In this document: positions 50,701 to 59,700 of the stretch, in pieces | Numbering within the stretch: position 1 is the stretch's first letter | Layout: every line of letters begins with the position of its first letter | Origin: Lama guanicoe | Lineage: Eukaryota | Assembly: GCA_013239625.1 (NCBI GenBank) | Contig: MU053482.1 | Coordinates: 409,168-473,167 of the forward strand | Reading direction: 5' to 3' | Length of the DNA stretch: 64,000 nt | Program-made: the position numbers and the translations under genes | Notes under the pieces: generated by a model | What the model was told of the DNA's origin: nothing | The model's input: only the letters and a program-made list of their open reading frames with translations | Databases searched by the model: none

Positions 50701-53700
50701 CACCAGAATCTGTGGTCCGGGTGACCGATGCTCTGTGTGACCTCTTCCACCGCGAAACAGGCTGGGCCAGCGCCAAGCAGCTGTTGTGCACTGAGGACTT
50801 TTATCAGGTAGGGAATGTGGGACACAATGGACGAGGAGGGTGGAGGCATAAAGAGGAGACTTGGCAGGAGAAGGCTGTTGGGACAAGGTTCAGAGCGTCT
50901 ATGTCTTCCCTCGCCCCTCTTAACACACACTCTCCCAGGAGCTGGTGGTGTTCCCCAAGGAGAAGATGACAGACTCAGAGATGATAAAGTTAAGCCTAGC
51001 TCTGAAGGCTCCAGGCATGAGTGATGCAGCCCTGCGGGCAGTGAGCATACCGGCAGCAAGCCTGGCAGCCTGGCTCTGGGCCGTTCTGTGCTACGGGCTG
51101 GCCCAGCGCCGAGGGCTGCCCACGGGACTGCTGCTGCGGCAGGTGGAGGCCACCCTGGCTCGGGAGCAGGCTCGCCTGGCCCACTATCATTTCCAGGCCC
51201 AGGAGATCCTAAAGTATGATTTGTCCCTGTCTAAGAAGCTAGAAGATGCCCAGGCTGCCCACAGGCATGTGGTAGAGAACCTCCATCAGGCTAAGCGTGG
51301 CCAGTATCACAAGTGGCCCGTAAAGGCTGCACTGCTCACGCCCATGCACTCCTGGACTACGGAGCTCCAGGTAACCAGCGCCTCGCAGAGTGCCCACCCC
51401 CGATTTCATTTCTGCACCACGGCCCCCACTCTGTGCCCCACTCTGCCCTCCATCCCCTTCCTTCCTCCCTCCCTGCCAGACCCTCTAACGGTGCCCTCCC
51501 CACTGGCCTGCACACCCTCTGGTCTCTTCCACTCCAGAAGTTGAAGGGGCACTGCACGACTGTGCTCGGAGATGCCCTCTTGTGCTCAGCTGCCGTTGTC
51601 TACCTGGGTCCCTTCCCACCAGCGCGGCGCCAGGAGCTGCTAGACAAGTGGCTGGCTCTCTCTAGGGGCTGCCAGGAGACCCTGGGCCCAGATGACGTGG
51701 CACAGGCACTGAAGCAGACACAGAAATCTGTCGTCATGCCACCAAAGAACCCCCTGCTCTCCACCCGCTCCCCCTTCAGCCTTCTGTCCTTGCTGAGCTC
51801 TGAATCCCAGCAGTTCCAGTGGGACCGAGACCTGAAGCCCCAGGCAAAGTCAGCCCGCCTGGCAGGCCTGCTTCTGCGAAGTCACACACACTACTTCAGC
51901 TGCCGTTGGCCTCTGCTGCTGGACCCCAGCAACCAGGCCCTCATTTGGCTGAACCCACTGCCTCTGGAAGAGACTAGATGCTCGGCCCCAGGTCCCACCG
52001 AGGGCAGAGGTAAAGCCGGGGATGGTAAACACAGTGCTGCTTGGGTGTCTGAGCTGCCCAACGCTCTCAGCCACATGTGGTCTTCCCTTTCATAAGGAAG
52101 ACACTACATTTTTGTGGCCAGGGTATTCCAGGTTTCATCAGCCAGCATGATATTAATAAATTAGGGCACATTTACATTTTTTGGCCCATATTACAATGAT
52201 TCTGAATCTACATGACTGACCATGATTTTCCACTTCCTTGGTCTGCTCAGCCCTGTTAGAAACTTAGACTACAACTCAGAGCTATACTACCCAAATTTAT
52301 CCCATGTTCAGGAATTCCAGGGAACTATTTCTATTGGCTCTGCTTCGCTCAGGGACACATCTGGGTAGAGCATCCAAAGGAGTGTTTCCTGAGGGAGAGA
52401 AAGAAGAGTGTTTATTTCCCAGAAGTTGGGGTTGGGGGTTGCACTGGTAAAAATAATAGACATTATTCAATACAATAGAAAGTGTATAATAAAGTGGTCT
52501 GTACTATAACATGGGTTCTTTAAGCAGATTCTAGGTCAAATATCTGTCCTTTGCTAGCTGTGTGACCTAAGGCAAAGTATCTCATCTCTCTAAACCTATT
52601 TGCCAATAAAATTAGGGTCTTAATTATACCTATCTCATAAAGTGTTGTATTAAGATATTTCATGTAAAAGGAGTTCACACAGTTTGTAATACATACAAGT
52701 TCTCAAAAATGTTAGTCATTATTACTACCAATTTATTACTGCTGCTATTATTAGAGTCTATCCCTTGGCTGTCCAGCATGACTTTCTGTTGTGCCCATAC
52801 ACCATTACAAAAATGTCCATTAAACAACTATCACATCTGTAACTATTAATTAATTTACCCCCTCTCCAATAGGAGACACTGCAAAGAAACATCTAGCCTT
52901 CAGAACCCTGAGATAATAAGTTTCTGTTGTTTGAAGCCACCATACGTGTATTAAATTGGTTTTTATCCCTTCGAGCATCATGTCAGAGTTGCTCTTAGCC
53001 ATTTCTGTTCTCTTCATCAGGAAAACAAAAGATCTTCCAGAAGTCTGAATAGCCAAATGTGGTAGGCAGAATTTGGCCCCCATGACCTTTGTCCTCTGGT
53101 GTTACTCCCTTAATTATGTTATGTTACATGGCAAGAGAGGCTTTGCAGATGTAATTAAGGTTGCTAATCAGTTGACCTTGAACTAGAGGTATTATCCTGG
53201 ATTATCTGGGTGGACCCAAAGTAATCACATGTGCCCTTCAAAGAAGGAAGGAAAAAGAAGGGGCAGTGAGACAGATCTGAAACACAGAAGGTCTCAGTGA
53301 GCCATTGTCTGGCTTGTAGATGGAGTGGGCTATAGGGAAAGCGTGAGAGGGGAATGAATTCTGTCAAAAACCAGTAAGCCTGGAAGAGCACCCAAGTCCC
53401 GGATGAGCACTGCAGCCCCAGTGATTCAGCCTTGATTTTAGCCCAGTGTGACCCTGAGCAGAATGTCTGGTCAGGCTTCTAACCTACCTAACTGAGAGAT
53501 AATAAATGGGTGTTGTTTTAGCTGTTAAATTTATGGTAATTTGTTAAGCAATAGGAAATGAATACACCAAATTGTGGACCTGGAAACCTCCACTTGCCCC
53601 CTTCTTAAACACTTAATTTTTAAAAAAAATTTTTTCTTTGGGAGTAATTAGGTTTATTTTTTTTTTAATGGAGGTTGGGGATTGAACCCATACTAAGCAT

Positions 53701-56700
53701 GCATACTACCACTGAGCTATACCCTTCCCTTTAAACACTTAATATTTTAAAAAATTCTTAAGATTCTTAAGTTTCTTGACACATAAATATATATATTTAT
53801 CTTTTACAGCTCCTCAGGAGAGGAGACACAGGAGAAGGGGGCTGCAAATGGCTGTTGGTCAGCCAACCACCTTTGTCCACAGCACCGCCCATGACTTGGC
53901 TAATGCCACAGTTTATGGCCTTTCTCTTACAGGTTACTACTCCCAGGCACGGATCTCTATGCTACGATGACTCTTGTAGTTGTTAGTGACAGAATTAGCT
54001 TAGGCAAAACAAACAATGCACTGACTCTTCTAACTAACCCTTGCTTGGTGCTTGCTGGGTGCCTGCTGAGTGCTTTCTCTTCTTCTTTCATGTCATCGTC
54101 CCAGTAACCGTATGAGGCTGGACTCACTAACATCAACTCCATTTTGCAGCTGAGGAAATTGAGTCGTAGTGAGCTTAAGCAACTTTCCTAAGGTGTCTTC
54201 TCATGGACCTTTCTTCATGAGCTGAGGCCTTGGGTGAATGGGACTCCCCAGAAGCCTGAGTCCTCCATCCTGAGAAGAGCTCCTCTTCTTTCTTCCACAG
54301 GGAAGGGCTTCAAGAGAAATCAAGGAAAAGAGCCTAAGGAGGAGGACATGGAAGAGGAAGATGATGATAGCAATGAGGAGTGTGAAAAGACAAAAGAGCA
54401 GGAGGCAGAGGAAAGGGGAAATGAGGAGGAGCAAGAGGAGAAAGAACGGGAGGATGAGGAGGAGGAGGAGACAGAGAGGCAGGAACCTGTGACTCAGTCC
54501 CCGCCCCCTCCGCACCTCCACATCTTCTCCGGCTCTGACCCAGAGCTGGGGCCTCAGCTCCGGGAAGCAGCTGCCAGTGGTGAGAGCTGGCCCCCTCCCC
54601 CCAGCATGTCCCTGTGGCCCCACAGACCTCTCACATCCCAGTGTGACCTCAGCTCCCACCTTTGCTCCCTAACTCTGTGGAAGAGCCTTGAGGGAACCCA
54701 CCTCTCAGTCAGTGGGGAGCTGGACGGAGCCAGATTTTGTGCCTGGGGGGCTGAGGGGCCCAGGTGCTGGCATGGTGGTAGGGTGCCTGTGCCTCCGCCT
54801 CGCAGGCCACCCTGTGCTGCTGACCAACATGGAACTGGGCCTCGAGTGCCCAGAACTGCGATGGCTGCTGCAGCGGGAACAGCTGAGCCTGCCCCAGGTG
54901 CAGCCTGGCTTCTGCCTCTACCTGAGCACTGCCCTCCGCCTCAGTGCTCTGGAGAAAGGTGAGGCCCGACGGGTAAGTTGCCAGCACACCTTTGTGGACA
55001 CACGAGGGCCCTACTAGCTTCACTCATTCTGGCCCAGAGAGGGAGCAGGACCCTAGCGGGGAGCCACCCTCCCTGTGCCCCCCACCCCTGGCTGTGCCAA
55101 GGGGAGGGGCTCAGTGTGTCCCATGTGACTTCAAGTGCTAGGCTGTGAATTGCTGAAGGGGCTGAATGTGCTGGATCTGGGCATGAACATGGAAATCCTG
55201 GAAGAAAAGATGCTGCATGAAATCTTGTGTGTAGAGTGTCCCGAGCTCGAGAGCCACTGGCAGGACCTAAAGATCAGATTCCTGGACACCTGGGAAGCCG
55301 TGGAGGCTGCTGAGGTGCGTGGGGGTCCAGTCTACAGGTTGGGATCAGCTTTGTAGGGGCCAAGGTGTGGGGGTGGAGATGAGTGTCACTGACCGGGGAC
55401 TTGTGGGAAAGAGCTGGACCTGTGCCACCAGTGCCTGTTCGCAGGAGCGGCTGCTGACGATGCTGCTGCTCCAGACCTCGAAGCATCAGAAGCCAGCCAG
55501 GTTCCTGCGGGGCATAGTGAGGGCCCAGGCAGGCCTGTGTCAGCTGCGTGTCCACTGCGAGGAACTAGAGGAGCTGAGGCTGCAGGAGGCGGCATCGTGC
55601 GCACCCTATCGACGCGTGGTCTGGCACGGAATGGCCGTTGTAAAGGCTCTTAGCCCACTACAGAACCTGCTGCCGCTTTTCTGTGTGAGTCCAGAGAACT
55701 GTTTGGCAGCCACCAGACGGGCTCTGAATAGCATGAAGCGTGAGATTCATCACAGGGAGGAACTACCCTGCCACCTGCTGCAGCTGAAAAGACAGCTGAC
55801 CCGCCAGCTCCTGGGCAGTGCTGTTGCTACACTGGGCCTGACCCGAGTACCCCTGGTGGGTGCCTTGGGTGCCTTGGCTGTGCTGCGCATGGCAAGGAAG
55901 GCACCAGAGCTGGAGAGGCTGGCACTTTGGCCTGGACTAGCAGCCTCTCCCAGCACAGACAACAGGAAGTTAGTCTCAGGTGTGGCTCGACCAGCCTGGC
56001 TAGGGCCGAGAGCCTGGCATGAATGTGGGGTGTTAGAGCTGCTGCCCCCATTCGCTGGGCTGTGTGCATCCCTGGCAGGCCACTCTAGTGTTTGGCAGGC
56101 TTATCTGTCACTGCCATCCACAGTGCTAGGGCCTGCTCCGGGGCCTGGGACTGACCCACTCAGCCTCCTCCAGAAGCTGATCCTGTGGCGTGTGCTGCGA
56201 CCCGAGTGCCTGGCCAGTGCCCTGACAGCCTTCACCACCAGCCTCCTGGGCCGGCCCCTGGATGAAAACCTGGGTACCTCCACCATACCCTTTGAACAGA
56301 GTCAGGCTACTCAGCCCATGCTGATCTTGTTGCCACCACCTGGTCACCCCACCGCCTCCCTGCATCCCCTGACTGTCATCCAGAAACTGGCTGCCAAACA
56401 TGAGCAGGTCTGCACCCAGCCTCTCAGCCACAGAGCAACTGAACTCCTACGGGCTGGGATGGGGTGTGGGGCCCCCCTCCCAGCGTTCTCATGGATCTTT
56501 CTGGATTACTCAGGGACTTTTGAGGTCATCTGTGGCGTTACTCTGGGTCCCTTGGGTCACCCTGGGATCACTTTGATTTACTCTGCCATCTTGCTGTTTG
56601 TCCCCAGGGGCAGAAGCATCTGGAGGTGATAGCTCTGGGCTCTGAAGCCTGGGATCCTGTCTCAGCTGTGGTGGGCACTCTCCGCCAGGCTATGCATAAA

Positions 56701-59700
56701 GGGCACTGGCTGGTGCTGGAGAACTGTCATCTGATGCCTCACTGGCCGAAAGAGCTGCTACAGCCCTTGCTGGGGCTGTTGGATGGAGCCAAGGGTGGGT
56801 TTGTTGCCTACAGATGGCTTCTAGGACCCTGTCCAAAACCTGGGCCTGAGCTTGAACTCAGGTCCCATGGCCCATCTCCTGGCCCCCTTGTATCTGACTC
56901 CTGACCCCCTAGGTTTCTGTCTGACCCTTTACCCGGTGACTGATCTCAGCCCTATGTCTGACCCCTAGTGGTCTCAGACCTGGAGTTAGAACTGCTTTTA
57001 GCTCAACAAGTGAGCAGGAACGTGGCCACTGTCCACCGAGATTTCCGTCTTTGGCTTATTGTGTCTGCAGAGGCTGTTGCTTCCTTACCAGGTGAGGCGC
57101 TTCCTCCATAGGCTCTCAGATTAGAGCAGGGGAGGGCAACTGTACAGTGCTGACTCTGCACTCTCCCTCCTCCACAGCCATACTGACTCAGCACTCCATG
57201 CCTGTTTTCTGGGACCAGTCCCTGGAGTTGGGCCACGTCTTGGTGGACAGCGTGGAGCTAGCCCAGCAAGGACTCAGTGTGCAACCCCCAACCAGGGTGC
57301 TGCCTCTGCTCCTCCTACATGGCCTCCTGCTACACCGGCAGCTCTATGGAATGAAGCTGCAGGCCCACAGGGGGCGCTGGTGAGGGACCCCACCCATCTG
57401 GCTCTGTCAGTCACTCAGCAAACACTGAATATTTTTCACACTCTGGGATTCATCTCTGGGGAGCTCCAAAATGTGAGGGCAAGGCAAGGGGAAGTCAAGG
57501 AAGGCTTCTACAAGGGCTTTAGGATTTCCCTCTGAAGTGAGTCTTAACAGCAGAGGCAGATCAGGTGGTGATGGGGCCTGCTCCTTCAGAGCAGAAGGAA
57601 GTAAGCTCAGCAGGAGGGAGAAGACATCAGTATAGCTGAGGTAGACATGCTGGGTGTTGAGTAGGAACCATGGCAAGGCACCTTATTGGATCCTGAGGAC
57701 AGTGGGAAGCACTGAAGGATTTTAAGTAGAAGAAACATGATCCTCTTGTTTGGAAAGATCAAGCTGGCTGCAGTGTGGAGAGTGGACCAGACAAGGCAGG
57801 CCTGGAGGCAAGCAAAACAGTTTTGGGAGGCTCTGGTCTTCTTGAGGAACGAGATGGTGGTAGCGGTGGTAGGAACTCATGTAGTCACAGTGCAGGGAGA
57901 GAGTATATATGAGGTGAGGAAGAGGGAGGAGTCAAGGATGGCTCCCAGGCTTCTGCCTTGGACAACTGGCTGGTGTGGGGTGGGGAAGATGATTTCAGTT
58001 GAAAGGAAGTTGTATTTGAGGTGCCAAGTGGTGATGACTGGTAAGCCCTCATGGGTCTGGAGCTCAGGAGAGGTTTGGGCTGGAGAGAAAGATGTTTTAA
58101 GTCCTCAGCATATAAATGGTTTTGAAGCCCTACTTCCTGCTCCCTGCCCCCAGGAGTCAAGTGACCCTGACCCAGGCCCTTCAGATCCAAGACCAGCTGT
58201 GGGCCAGCCTTAGCAATCCCAGGGCCGCCATGCAGGAGCTGGCTGGTGAGACTCCTTCTGTCCCCCACGTAGTCATCAGCCCCCAAGGAGAGCCTGGAAA
58301 AGGGTAGGGGTGGGAGCACAGAGATGGGGACATAACTTGCAACTTTGGTTTGGGAGGTGGTGGAAACTGGAGGGGCTGGAACTGAGGGGCTCTGACCTCA
58401 TCCTCAGCCTCGGTTTTCTATGGGGGTCTGGTGGGAGACGACAAGGACAGGGAGGCCCTGACTAGCCTGACGCAAGCCTGCCTGGGCCCCAGCAGTGGGA
58501 ACTGGACCCAACCACACACACCCCAGCAGCTGCTGGCCACTCTGATGCCCAGTCCAGGTAAGCTCCAGTCAAGTATCTGTGTTGAGGGTGGGGGAGGGGC
58601 AGCATAGTTATATGCCACCTCACTGAAGGGCATGTGAACAGAGGTATCAGTAAAGGTGTAGAAGGGGGCAGTAATCACAGTTACCGAATGATGGCTTAAA
58701 GTGTCTGGGAAAGGCCTACTCCCTTGGCAAGGTGAGGAGAGGCCATCTTGTCTCTCACCCCTCCCCTCCACCCCCAAGAACTAGGGGAGCTCGATGCAAT
58801 GGAAGAATGCAAGGCTCAGATGCACCTACTACCCACACCGCCTGAACCCCGGATCTGCGGACTGAGTGCTGGCTCCCAGACCTGGCTGTGGCGACGCCAG
58901 AGTCGCGCTCTCCTGAGCGCGCTGCAGCGGAGTTCACCCACATGGGTTCCAGAGGCCTGCGGAGGCGCCCGGCGCGCTGAAAGGCGGCTGAGGCAACGCC
59001 TAGTGCAAGCCAAGCGGAGGCTGGAGTCACTTCAGGCTCTGCTGACCGAGACCATTTGCCAAGATGAGTCTGGCGCCGGGTGGGTGGAGCTGGGGCTGAG
59101 TGCGCGACGGCCTCTGGAGGGCTTCCTCAAGGCGGAGGTGTTGGAACTGAGCCAGCTGGTGGGCGTGCTGCAACGGGACCTCGATTGCCTGTTGCAGCAG
59201 CTGAAGGGCGCGCCCCCGTGCGCCTCCCGGCGCTGCGCGGAGGTGGCTCACGCCCTCTGGGCTGGCCGCCTACCCCGGCCTTGGCGACCCCATGCGCCTG
59301 CCGGGCCGCAGCCGCCCTGGCAATGGCTGCGACAGTTGTCGCGTCGTGGGCAGCTGTTGGTTCGCTACCTGGGTGTGGGAACCCAAGTACCAGAGCGCAT
59401 CTTTCACCTATCAGCCTTTTGCCACCCGCGCCGCCTGCTGCTGTCACTGCGTTGGGAGGCTGCCTTTGGTGTGGTCGCCGTGACGAATTTCCCTGGTTGT
59501 CAAGGCTCCAGCTCCAGTCAGCTCCCTGACAGACGTCAGGAGCTGAGCAGCCCTCTGCACCTCCAGGTATCTTCGTGCTGCCCCTTCGTTTCCAATTCTG
59601 CCCTTCAAATCCCTGATTAAGTCCCTGATTACACCCTGCAGTTACCCACAGTGCCTCTTCTTGGTTTTGCCCCTTCATCGCCCCATCTCCTTCTTTGACC

